Translations under genes and position numbers: made by a program
Shown: positions 18,993 through 28,384 of the stretch, one piece after another
How positions within the stretch are numbered: the stretch's first letter is position 1
Layout: each line of letters begins with the position of its first letter
Notes under the pieces: generated by a model
What the model saw: the letters and a program-made list of their open reading frames with translations, nothing else
What the model was told of the DNA's origin: nothing
Databases searched by the model: none
From: Candidatus Latescibacterota bacterium
Lineage (GTDB): Bacteria; Latescibacterota; UBA2968; UBA8231
Direction: 5' to 3'
Length of the DNA stretch: 64,000 nt
Assembly (NCBI GenBank): GCA_965217585.1
Contig: OZ244561.1
Span: 5,664,001-5,728,000 of the forward strand

Positions 18993-20875
18993 GGGGCTGG
19001 CTGGGGATCGCGGCACTTGTGCTGCCAAGCGGCCTCTGCGGCCAGCCGGCGCAGACTTATGTGCTCGGTACCCAAGGCACCTCCGCTTGGAAAGTCGGCG
19101 GCGATGGCCTCAAACCCGAGCATGTACTCAACGCCCAGCTCGGCCAGCTCGAGTTGACTAACACACCGGGGGCGACCATCGACTTTGACTACCGGCCGGG
19201 CTGGATCGGACCGCTGCACTTCGACGAGGAGGTCAACATCGCCGCGCGGGTCCTAGAGTTCGGTTCGATTCAAGCGCCCAACGCCGGCCGCGGCCACGAG
19301 CGCCAGCTCGTGGGCACGGTCAACGGCGATCACCAAGTGGCCTTTGAGCGCAAACCGACGGTCTTCGAGCCGCGGGTGGCGACGAGGGGCATTTGGGTGA
19401 TCTTGGACTTTGTGGTGCCGGTGGGGGTGCGGCGAGTGCAGTTCTACCCGCGCAACACCGTGGTGGCGACGCCAGCGACGCCGTTCCACAACGATTTTCT
19501 GCGCGGCTACGAGTTGTGGCTCAATCAGTTTCCATCCGGCCAGCCCGATGTGCTGATCCAACGCGAGGCGCAAAACGAGGAGCCGGTCGTCGATGTAGCC
19601 GTCCCGCCGCAATACGCGCGCTTCGTCAAGATCAAATCGCTGGCCGATGTGCCTTTTGAGATTGACGAGGTCGAAGTCTATGGCACGGGCTTTCTGCAGC
19701 AGAGCCTCTATCTGTCCAATATCATCGACTTAGGCGACCGGTCCACGGTGGGCTTTGTCGAGTGGATTGAAGACCTCGTCGGCCATGCGGATTTTTCGCA
19801 CCTAAAGGTGCGGGTGCGGACGGGCACCGACCCCTCGCCGCTGGTCTATCGCGAATGGTTTTTCGACGCCGACGGCGTTCGCTCTTTCCGAGAGGTCAGC
19901 CGCGAGACCTACGTCGATTCGCTATTGCCAGCCGATCGCGGCGGCATCCGCGACGATACCGGGCACTGGAGCCCGTGGTTTGCGGTGCGAGTGGATGAGC
20001 TGGTGAGGGCGCCGACTCCACGCCGCTATATCCAGTTCCGCTTCGAGTTTGCGGGAGGGCTTTTCGCGACGCGTCAGGTTGACGAACTGCACTTTGAGTA
20101 CCTACAGCCGCCGCTGGCGGACTCGCTGCACGCCGAAGTCTTTCCGCGGCTGGCCGAGGCGGAAAAACCGGCGACTTTCCGCTACGCGGTGCGGCTGCGC
20201 TCCACGGGAGAGGTGCGCGGTTTTGACCGGTTAGAAGTCGATACCAATATCCTAGTCACAGCGGTACGCGAGGTAAAGCTCGACGGGCAGCCGTTCGACT
20301 TTGCGGTGGATTTTATCCGCGAGGATGGCTTTGGCTTCAACTTTCCCCTAGTCCACAGCGACGGGGCGGTGCTGGAGTTCACCTTCGATCTGCCGATTTT
20401 TCGCTTCGGCACCACCTTTTCGGGCCGTGCCTACAACAGCCGTGCGGGTACTGTGCCGCAGCGGTTGGTGCCGGGCGAGGCGACGGATTTTGGTCCGGGA
20501 GATTTTCCCGAGCTATCGAACCTCTCGGTGGCGATCCCCAAGGCGCAGATCGGCAAGTTGGTCGGCGAGATCGCGTTTGGGCCGCGCGTTTTTACGCCCA
20601 ATGGCGATGGGATCAACGATCATCTCGACGTGTTTTTCAACGTGTTGCAGCTAACGCGGCCCGCGCCGGTGCGCTTGGACTTGTTCGATCTATCGGGGCG
20701 GTTGGTGCATGAGGTGTTTGTCGCTGAGCGGGGGGTCGGTCCGGTAGAGGCGCAGTGGGACGGCCGGCTGGCGAATGGGAAAACCGCGTTGCCAGGGACC
20801 TATATTTGGGTGTTGCGGGTGCAGGCGGATGCGTTTGCGGAAGTGCATACCGGGACGGTGGGGGTGGCGCATTGA
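18989..20875 (+). CDS. Secreted family A protein (A2)
   Basis: ATGA overlap; signal peptide MRGWLGIAALVL. Motifs RVRTG...WSPW...PTPRRYIQ, AEVFP, FTPNGDGIND; ends TVGVAH. Confidence 0.85.
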   Translation: MRGWLGIAALVLPSGLCGQPAQTYVLGTQGTSAWKVGGDGLKPEHVLNAQLGQLELTNTPGATIDFDYRPGWIGPLHFDEEVNIAARVLEFGSIQAPNAGRGHERQLVGTVNGDHQVAFERKPTVFEPRVATRGIWVILDFVVPVGVRRVQFYPRNTVVATPATPFHNDFLRGYELWLNQFPSGQPDVLIQREAQNEEPVVDVAVPPQYARFVKIKSLADVPFEIDEVEVYGTGFLQQSLYLSNIIDLGDRSTVGFVEWIEDLVGHADFSHLKVRVRTGTDPSPLVYREWFFDADGVRSFREVSRETYVDSLLPADRGGIRDDTGHWSPWFAVRVDELVRAPTPRRYIQFRFEFAGGLFATRQVDELHFEYLQPPLADSLHAEVFPRLAEAEKPATFRYAVRLRSTGEVRGFDRLEVDTNILVTAVREVKLDGQPFDFAVDFIREDGFGFNFPLVHSDGAVLEFTFDLPIFRFGTTFSGRAYNSRAGTVPQRLVPGEATDFGPGDFPELSNLSVAIPKAQIGKLVGEIAFGPRVFTPNGDGINDHLDVFFNVLQLTRPAPVRLDLFDLSGRLVHEVFVAERGVGPVEAQWDGRLANGKTALPGTYIWVLRVQADAFAEVHTGTVGVAH

Positions 20876-23529
20876 TGGGGGAAAGAAGGTATCAATCGCT
20901 ATGGGGACTCCTGTTCCTGCTCCTACTCCCTCTGCTCCTCACCGCCCAAGACTACGGTGCTCGCCTCGGCACCGTCAAGCGCGGCGGCAAAGTCTCTTTT
21001 GAACCGCGAGGACCTGGCGTACTCTTCGACGCGCTCGATCCGGCCGTGCGCAAGTGGTATATCCCGCAGGAACTCTACACCGAATACCGCTGGAAGCAGT
21101 GGGAGTACTCCAACTACGCGCGCAACCTGTACCAGCGCTACGTGTCCACCTCGCTCGAAGGCAGCTATATCTACGATGTGTACGGCAACTACCTGACCCG
21201 CGGCTGGCCGATTTTCGACTGGCGGCAGCAAAACCCCCAGCCCTTTGGTTCGACCTTGGCCCAAGACGGGCGCTTCGCCGGTTGGTTCAACCAGTTACTG
21301 ATCGCCTCAGACCATAAAGGGCAGTACCACTACGCCATCACCATCGGCAGCCAAATCCGCACCACCCTGACGCCGATGACCTTTTCCAAACCGCGCTTCA
21401 ACGGCATCCAGTGGGACCTCCTATCCGACAAATACGCGCTTACCATGCTGCTGTCGCGGCTCAACAGCCTGACTGACGAGACCGGCTCGGGGATAGGCAC
21501 CTCGGAGAAGACCAACAACACCAGCTTAATCGGCAGCCGGTTGGAGGTGCAGGTCGGCGACTTCGTCAAGATCGGCGGGACGTACCTCAACGCGCACCAC
21601 GCACAGACCCAAACCGAGATATTCAATGGCAATATCCTCAAGGGCAACCTCACTGGGGTGCAGAATTTGACTAATGTCAGCTTCATCGAAGTAGTCATTA
21701 AAGACGATTCGCCTGAAGACGGCGAAGCTGGCGGCGCACTCTTCGCACAGGACATCGTCATCTGGGATCTGGAGGGCAAGCCTACGCGCGGCTCGGAGCT
21801 CGGCTTCCGGCCGCTGGTGGAGGGCGGGTTCCAGCGCCGAGGTTTTCTCGCCGCCGACGGGCGCGAGGAGATCCGCCTGCGCTACGATTTCCAAGACCGC
21901 TCCTACACCGGGCCGCCCCCCAGCGAAATTCAGCGGGTGCAGATCGAACTGGTGCTAGCCAATGATTACCTAGTCGAGATGGCCTCTGATCGCCAGACCG
22001 ACTTTCGGGAGCGGGTTGTGACGGTGCCGGTGGCGCGAGCGTTGGGCAATGTCAAGGACTCGTCCAACCAGCAAGTGTTGGCCCTCGATTACGGGCTGCC
22101 CACCGCCAACCAGATCGCCGGCTTCACCCTCGAGTTGACCGATCTTGAGGGCTTCAACACCTACTTTGAAGTCGCCGCCAACCATCAGTACCGACAATAT
22201 CCCAACCCCAACCTCGAAAAGCACCACGTCGCCAGCGGCGAGGCCGAGGCCTGGATGCTCAACGTCTCCAAGACCGCCTATCCCTACTTCGCGCTGTTGG
22301 AAGCCTTCGACATCGCCCCCAATTACCAGACCGGGTTTCAGGTCGTTGACCGCAACGGCATCGTCGATTACGCGAACCCGTTGCGCTTCTTTGAATTCGT
22401 CGAAGATAACGACGATCAGGACCGCTTCCCCGACTGGGCGCGGCAAGGGTCCCCGAGAGACCGCCAGATCTTTCCCGGCTGGGACGAAAACAACGACCTG
22501 ATCTCCGACTTCAACCAAAACGACACTCCTTCAAGCCCCAACCGAGTACCCGACTACGAAGAGCCTTTCCTGCGCTTCCACACCGACCGGCCGGAGTTCC
22601 TCTACGGCATCGACCAAAACCACAACGGCTGGATCGACCGCTTTGAAAACGACGAGGAGGCCGACCTGCCCTACCAGCGCGACCGCAAGGGCTACAATCT
22701 GTACGTCGGTGCCTTTCTGCACCCCGATCTGCGGGCGACCGCAGGCCGCCAGCGGCTCGCGCAGCACTCCGACCACCGCCGCGCCCACGCCGATTACCTG
22801 ATGCTGGCCGGGGACCACTACTTCACCGGCTGGGGGCGGGCACGGGTTTTTCAGGACCTGCGCCGCGTCAAAGACGATATCTTCGACCACCTCGTGCAAT
22901 GGACGCAACTACCCAATACCCGAGGCGAACTGGTGCCGACCCCAGACGTGCTGCCGGCGCAGAACACAGTGGTCAATACTACTTGGCTGGGTTTTGACTT
23001 CGACCGCTGGCCCGGTTTTAAGTTCGTCAACATGTTCAAGTGGCAGTACTACCACCAGCGCGATCCAAGCACTGCGCTGCTGTTGCGCGGACAGCGCGAG
23101 GACGGCTCGTTCCTCGGCCTGATCAACAAGGCCGAGTACCGGCTGCAGCTAGGCAAGCTGACCTTGAGCCCGGCCTGCAAAAGCGAGTTCCGCCGCGAGG
23201 TCCCGGTACTCCGCGGCCAGCCCGAGCGCAAGGAGTGGAGTCAACTCCTGCTCGCCGTCGGGCGCATATCCGTCCTGCGCAGCAGCTACTTAGAGGCTGG
23301 GATCGAGTACCACAACTTCCGGCAGTTGCGCGAGCCGCCGCCGCCGGGGGCCGAAGACAGCTTCTCGGAGACGACGACGGTCGCCCAGTTGACCAATATC
23401 TCCGACTACCAGGGTTATAAGTTGACGACGGTGTTGGGGTTCGACGTGACCCGGCGCTACCAAGAGGTCGAGGGGACGCGGACGCGGACGAGGGGGTTTC
23501 TCACCGTGTACGCGGGAGTCGAGCAATGA
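20875..23529 (+). CDS. Family B protein (B2), paralog of B1
   Basis: TGATG overlap; signal peptide. Shares KWY.P, TP.TF.KPRFNG, DYGLPTA, PDYEEPFLR...DRPEFL.G.D.NHNG.IDRFEND and a terminal YAG with B1. Confidence 0.75.
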   Translation: MGERRYQSLWGLLFLLLLPLLLTAQDYGARLGTVKRGGKVSFEPRGPGVLFDALDPAVRKWYIPQELYTEYRWKQWEYSNYARNLYQRYVSTSLEGSYIYDVYGNYLTRGWPIFDWRQQNPQPFGSTLAQDGRFAGWFNQLLIASDHKGQYHYAITIGSQIRTTLTPMTFSKPRFNGIQWDLLSDKYALTMLLSRLNSLTDETGSGIGTSEKTNNTSLIGSRLEVQVGDFVKIGGTYLNAHHAQTQTEIFNGNILKGNLTGVQNLTNVSFIEVVIKDDSPEDGEAGGALFAQDIVIWDLEGKPTRGSELGFRPLVEGGFQRRGFLAADGREEIRLRYDFQDRSYTGPPPSEIQRVQIELVLANDYLVEMASDRQTDFRERVVTVPVARALGNVKDSSNQQVLALDYGLPTANQIAGFTLELTDLEGFNTYFEVAANHQYRQYPNPNLEKHHVASGEAEAWMLNVSKTAYPYFALLEAFDIAPNYQTGFQVVDRNGIVDYANPLRFFEFVEDNDDQDRFPDWARQGSPRDRQIFPGWDENNDLISDFNQNDTPSSPNRVPDYEEPFLRFHTDRPEFLYGIDQNHNGWIDRFENDEEADLPYQRDRKGYNLYVGAFLHPDLRATAGRQRLAQHSDHRRAHADYLMLAGDHYFTGWGRARVFQDLRRVKDDIFDHLVQWTQLPNTRGELVPTPDVLPAQNTVVNTTWLGFDFDRWPGFKFVNMFKWQYYHQRDPSTALLLRGQREDGSFLGLINKAEYRLQLGKLTLSPACKSEFRREVPVLRGQPERKEWSQLLLAVGRISVLRSSYLEAGIEYHNFRQLREPPPPGAEDSFSETTTVAQLTNISDYQGYKLTTVLGFDVTRRYQEVEGTRTRTRGFLTVYAGVEQ

Positions 23530-25077
23530 GATGCGTGCTCTGGGCAGCGCTTTTGTGGCTGGGTTGCAGCAGCGAGCGCCCACCCCTCCAACCCCCAATC
23601 TCAGACGAAGAGCCGATCTTTGACCATAGCACCTTCGCGGACGCGAGGTTGGAACGAGCGGTGCGGCAGGCGCTGCGACAGCCACAAGGAGGCTTGGAGA
23701 GCGAGGAGCTATCTGGGTTGCGAACTCTGGATGCGGGCGGCTATGGGATCGCGGATGTCGAAGGGATTGAACGACTGAGGGGCTTGGATACCCTGATGCT
23801 GGGCGATAATGCCGTGGTGGATATTGGCCCGCTCGCCCGATTGACCCGGCTACAAGTGCTCGACCTGTCTAACAATCAGATCGCCGACCTCGCGCCGCTG
23901 GCCAACCTCCTACTGCTAAGGGCACTCAACCTCGACGGCAACCAAGTAGCAGACCTCGCGCCGCTAGCGCGGCTGACGCGGTTGGGTCTGCTCAACCTCG
24001 ACGGCAACCAAGTCCGCGATGTTTCGGTGCTGTCGCGGCTCCGGCGCTTGCACAGCGTCGAGCTGTCGGGCAACCCGCTCGACCTAGACCAAGTGGAGAC
24101 CCTGCGCGGGCGAGGGAGGGCGGGGGATGGAGGTGACCTTTTTCCTGCCGGGGATTTTCTTCCAAGACGCCCAACTAGAGCAGGCGGTGCGCAGTGCGGT
24201 CAGGAAGCCAACCGAAGAGCTGACGGCGGTGGATCTGCACGCGATTACCCGCCTGAGACTCAACAGCTCGGTCAAGTCGCTGGAGGGCATTGAGCAGCTA
24301 ACCAACTTGGAAAGCCTGAGCTTTAGCGGCTCTACCAGCGAGGGCGAATTGGAGAGCCTGTTGCCGCTGGCGGACCTGAGCACGCTGCACGTCCTCCAAT
24401 TGACGACGGCCAAGATCGAGGATATTCGCGCGCTATCCCGACTGACGAGCCTGGAAAAGCTCAACCTCAGCAACAACGCCATTGCGGATATTTCGCCGCT
24501 GGCCGGCTTGGTCAACCTGCGCGAATTGTGGCTAGATAAGAACCAGATACAAGACCTCGCGCCGCTGGCCGAGCTCCGCCGACTGGAGATACTATATCTC
24601 GCGGAGAATGCAGTCGAAAACCTTGCGCCGCTGGCCGAGCTAGACCGGCTGGCAAAGCTGCGCTTGTCCCACAATCGGGTGGCGGATATTTCGCCGCTGG
24701 CCGAGCTGCACGCCCTACAACAGCTCGCATTCACCAACAACGCCGTGGCCGAGATCTTGCCCTTGGGTGGATTGTACTTACTCGAAGACTTGGACTTTAC
24801 TGCCAACTTGGTCAGTGACCTCAGGCCGCTTACCGATAAGCCACACCTGACGGCTTTGTCCTTTGGCCAGAACTTCGTCGAAGATATCTCGCCGCTGGCC
24901 GGTCTCCCCGAACTCAGACGCCTGCGCCTGCCGGACAATAAGGTAGTGGATGTCGCTGCGTTGCTAACGCTGGAGAAGCTGCTCTCGGCCGACCTGCGGG
25001 GCAATCCACTCAGCGCGGCCAGCATTGACCTGATCGCTGCGCTCATAGAGAGCAGCAACCGCAGGATCACCTTCTGA
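23526..25077 (+). CDS. Internalin-like leucine-rich-repeat lipoprotein split into two frames (23526-~24116 and 24127-25077)
   Basis: Lipobox WLGC; 22-aa LRRs (L..L.L..NQI.DL.PLA.L); two F.DA.LE.AVR caps; +1 frame change at the G-tract 24108-24126. Confidence 0.8.
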
Positions 25078-26978
25078 TGAGGCTGCGCCTCTGCATCTGG
25101 CTGGTTGCGTTGAGCGCCGGTCCGGCTTGGCCGCAGTTGGAATTGGTGGTGGGCCGGGAGGGGCTCTCTTACCTAGACATCCAGGACTCTGTGGTCTTCG
25201 TCAACAAAGCACCTGATTCGCTGTGGACATGGGCGGTGACGCCGGGCGAGAATCTGATGGCCAACGCCCTCTCGCGGGGTGGGCAGATTTTGATCTCGGT
25301 CACGGAGCCTACCCTAGGTTCTTTGGCGGAGACGATTGAGTGGCCCGTGTTCCGCCGCGATATAACCGCGGTGCAGGCCATTGCCGATGGCGACCGAGGG
25401 ACGGCCTTTGACCCCGATGAGTTTGGGTTGAGCCGCCAAGCGTCCATTTACATCGACTTGGGTGGGGCCTATACCATCGTGCGGACCAGGGCGTTCCCGC
25501 GCCTCGACGCCGAACACATCGGGAACTTTCCGCAGACTTTTGACCTGGGGTTGGGCGACCGACTACAGCCGGTCAATGCCTTGGAACGCCTGTTGACAGC
25601 TAACGACTATCCCGCCGCCGAAAATCTCGGCGGCGAGATCAGGTTCCAACGCTATGTGTTCTTTGGCACTACCCGGCCCAATATCCGTGCGATTATCGAA
25701 TGGCCGGGCGTCCTCCCAGTCAGCGGCCAGCGCCAAGCGCGCTACGTGCGCTTCCAGCCTCTAGGCGACGTGCCCTGGGAGTTGGCCGAGCTGGAGCTCT
25801 ACACAGACGGCACGACACCGCCGGGTTTTTTTCGCTCGGTCCCGCTATTGGCCAGCACCGGGACGCCGGTGTGGGGACGGCTGCGCCACGAGGGCGGCGC
25901 GCCGTTGGAGGAATTGCCCATTGTAGTGCAGACGCGCACCGGCCCGGACGACGAGCCAGAGCATTACTTCATCACTCAGGGGCCAGAAGAGATCCGGGTC
26001 AATCGAGCCGTCTGGGAAAATGCCCCCGAGTTCCCAGGCATTGGCCAAGGGCCGGTCGTGTCCAACCCCGACTGGAGCGGCTGGGAGACGGTCACCGGCG
26101 GGGTGGTGCGCTCGCCAAGTCCGAATCGCTTTTTGCAATTCCAAGTGCGCTTTTTGCAGCCGGGCGTCAAGTTAGAACGACTCGTTTTCGAGTACTCTTC
26201 GCCGCCGGTCGCCGGCGAGATCTACGCCGAAATCAGCCCGCCGCTAGTCAATGCTGGGGTGGAGACGGCCTTTGTGGCGATCATGCAGACGCGCCGTCTC
26301 GCGGGGAGGTCGGACACCGGCTTCCGTTTGGTCGAGGTGCTGACCTCAGCCGGGATTGCGGGCATTGACAGCGTCAAGGTAGATGACGAGCACGCGCTGT
26401 ACACTCTGCGCTTAGATCCCGGGCGCGGATTTGCCGTAAACCTCTGGCAGCGGGTGCTAAAGGACGGCAGCCTCGTGCATATTTTCTTTCGCGGCAAGGT
26501 CTTTGTCGATGGGACGCGTTTTGAGGTGCGCGCAGTCGAGCAGCGCCACGTCTTGGATGAAGCACCCTACGAGACGTTCCAGTACGCACGCGAAGCAGAT
26601 GTAGATCCGGTGCTGCCGGGTGCGGGTCTGACGGTGCGCCTCTCCGCGTCAAACGCTGCCCTCATCGCCGATGTAGAGTCGGCGCAGCGGGTGCTGACGC
26701 CCAACAACGACGGAGTCAACGACCTGTTTGCAGTCGCCTATAGCTTGCTCAAGCTGACGCGACCGGCGGCGGTCTTCTTTCGCATCTATGATTTGGGAGG
26801 TGGCTTGGTGCGCCGGGGCTATGCCGGTGAGGACCAGAGCGGACGCTTTGCCCAAGTCTGGGATGGGCGCGACGATTGGGGCAGGCTAGTCGCACCGGGG
26901 ATGTACCTCTATCACCTCCAGGTCGCAGCCGATGTCGGCACCACGCGCTACAGTGGCATAGTCAACGTGGCGTACTAA
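25077..26978 (+). CDS. Secreted family A protein (A3)
   Basis: TGATG overlap; signal peptide. Motifs YIDLGG, QTRTG...WSGW...SPSPNRFLQ, AEISP, LTPNNDGVND; ends IVNVAY. Confidence 0.85.
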   Translation: MRLRLCIWLVALSAGPAWPQLELVVGREGLSYLDIQDSVVFVNKAPDSLWTWAVTPGENLMANALSRGGQILISVTEPTLGSLAETIEWPVFRRDITAVQAIADGDRGTAFDPDEFGLSRQASIYIDLGGAYTIVRTRAFPRLDAEHIGNFPQTFDLGLGDRLQPVNALERLLTANDYPAAENLGGEIRFQRYVFFGTTRPNIRAIIEWPGVLPVSGQRQARYVRFQPLGDVPWELAELELYTDGTTPPGFFRSVPLLASTGTPVWGRLRHEGGAPLEELPIVVQTRTGPDDEPEHYFITQGPEEIRVNRAVWENAPEFPGIGQGPVVSNPDWSGWETVTGGVVRSPSPNRFLQFQVRFLQPGVKLERLVFEYSSPPVAGEIYAEISPPLVNAGVETAFVAIMQTRRLAGRSDTGFRLVEVLTSAGIAGIDSVKVDDEHALYTLRLDPGRGFAVNLWQRVLKDGSLVHIFFRGKVFVDGTRFEVRAVEQRHVLDEAPYETFQYAREADVDPVLPGAGLTVRLSASNAALIADVESAQRVLTPNNDGVNDLFAVAYSLLKLTRPAAVFFRIYDLGGGLVRRGYAGEDQSGRFAQVWDGRDDWGRLVAPGMYLYHLQVAADVGTTRYSGIVNVAY

Positions 26979-27050
26979 TGACGGCTTGCGGTAGCGATTA
27001 CTCTTGGATTTTGCGCTTGTGGACCGATAAGGTAAGGTTGGTGCAGAAGG

Positions 27051-27084
27051 TCCGTAGGGACGGCTTGCGAACCGCCCCTACGGA
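27051..27084. repeat. GTAG-type REP-like palindrome or bidirectional terminator between convergent genes
   Basis: TCCGTAGGGACGG-CTTGCGAA-CCGCCCCTACGGA imperfect hairpin. Confidence 0.65.
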
Positions 27085-27094
27085 CGAGGCGCGA

Positions 27095-27928
27095 TTAACG
27101 GATACCCGTTGAAAGCAGCGATTTGATCCGTCCCCACAACTGGGCTTCGACGCTCGTAGCGGAAGAGGGCGCCGGTCGCCAAGCGGGCCAGTTTCCGCCC
27201 AAGCCGTCGGTCAATTCGACCAAGTTGCTCCCGTCTATATTAACTACCCAGATCTCAAATTGGTCGCCCAAACTGGAACCAGAAGAAAAGGCTATTCTCA
27301 TGCCGTCGGGTGCCCAAGTGGGGTTTACATCTATGTTAGGTCTGTAGGCTAGAGGAGTAAGGGTCAGGGGATCAAACGCCTGCTCGAACTCGCTGGTATC
27401 GCGGATATAGATGTCAAACTGGCCCTCGTCCCGCAAGGCGAACACTTCTTTAGTCCCATCCGGGGAAAGGTTGGGTTGGTTATGGGGTGCCTCCCTCCGG
27501 TCCACGGGTATCGGGTTACTTCCATCTACCACTACGGCAAACGTCTCAACACCATCCCTCGGATCCCCCGTAGGCAGCGTGTCATAGTAGATTCTACTCC
27601 CGTCTTCAGACCACGAAAGTATCACTTTTTGGACTGAATCGTCTGTCACCGGTTGCTGATTGCTGCCGTCGGTGTCCATCAACCAGATTTCATCGTCGCC
27701 AAAGTCGATATAGGCGATCTTCATGCCATCCGGGGACCAAGCCGGGCTAGTGCAATACCGTCCTTTGGTTAGATTTATAGGATCGCTCCCATCCGCATTC
27801 ATAATCCAAATGTTGGGGCCCCCCTCGCGATCGGAGACAAACGCGATTCTATCCCAGTCCTGCCCCCAGCCATCAACGGCCAGCCCCAGCGTTGCCAAGC
27901 AGACGATCAGTATGGATCGATAGTTCAT
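27095..27928 (-). CDS. Secreted TolB-like/PD40 beta-propeller protein with C-terminal WGxIK tag
   Basis: Signal peptide; IAFVSDR, PAWSPDG.KIA, PTWAPDG repeats; ends TSVEAQLWGRIKSLLSTGIR. Confidence 0.85.
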   Translation of the reverse strand: MNYRSILIVCLATLGLAVDGWGQDWDRIAFVSDREGGPNIWIMNADGSDPINLTKGRYCTSPAWSPDGMKIAYIDFGDDEIWLMDTDGSNQQPVTDDSVQKVILSWSEDGSRIYYDTLPTGDPRDGVETFAVVVDGSNPIPVDRREAPHNQPNLSPDGTKEVFALRDEGQFDIYIRDTSEFEQAFDPLTLTPLAYRPNIDVNPTWAPDGMRIAFSSGSSLGDQFEIWVVNIDGSNLVELTDGLGGNWPAWRPAPSSATSVEAQLWGRIKSLLSTGIR

Positions 27929-28056
27929 AACGTGGCTCTTTTCAAATTCACAAATTGGGCAAGGTGTTGCTAGACATTATAACTTAAACCATGATTGACT
28001 TACAAGTACGGCGGACGCAAGACATACGCAGCCAGTGAGGGGAATTTCAGTCCCGT

Positions 28057-28360
28057 CGGCGGTTGTCTCTTCAAGTGAGTCAAGGAGCCGACATGTGGAC
28101 TTTGGCCCAGGCCTATCCGCGCTTTCACGACGCCTGGTTCCACTATAACATTTACCACATCCACCGCGAGGAAGACACGCACTCGATTGCTGCCTTTTGC
28201 CCATCCTGAGGTTCAGCAAGCCGTCGGAAAGATGGTGCGATCGGCAAATGGCCAGCGCATTGAGGAGCGCTTTGAATCTTTTCTGCGCCAACTGCGAGAA
28301 AAATACGCAGAGCATATTGAAATATATCCCGACAATCTCGCATCCGAACCTGCCTTGTAA
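28057..28360 (+). pseudogene. Relic of a PpiC/SurA-type peptidyl-prolyl isomerase (C-terminal part, frameshifted)
   Basis: Manual translation gives RRLSLQVSQGADMWTLAQAY..., then in another frame RLLPFAHPEVQQAV...ERFESFLRQLREKYAEHIEIYPDNL...*. These resemble the rotamase helix and SurA/PrsA C-terminus. Confidence 0.45.
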
Positions 28361-28384
28361 ATTCGTCTCCACGAAAGGACTTCC

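Noticed and set aside
24084-25070. 328-aa minus-strand repetitive ORF
   Set aside because: Antisense reflection of the LRR repeats.
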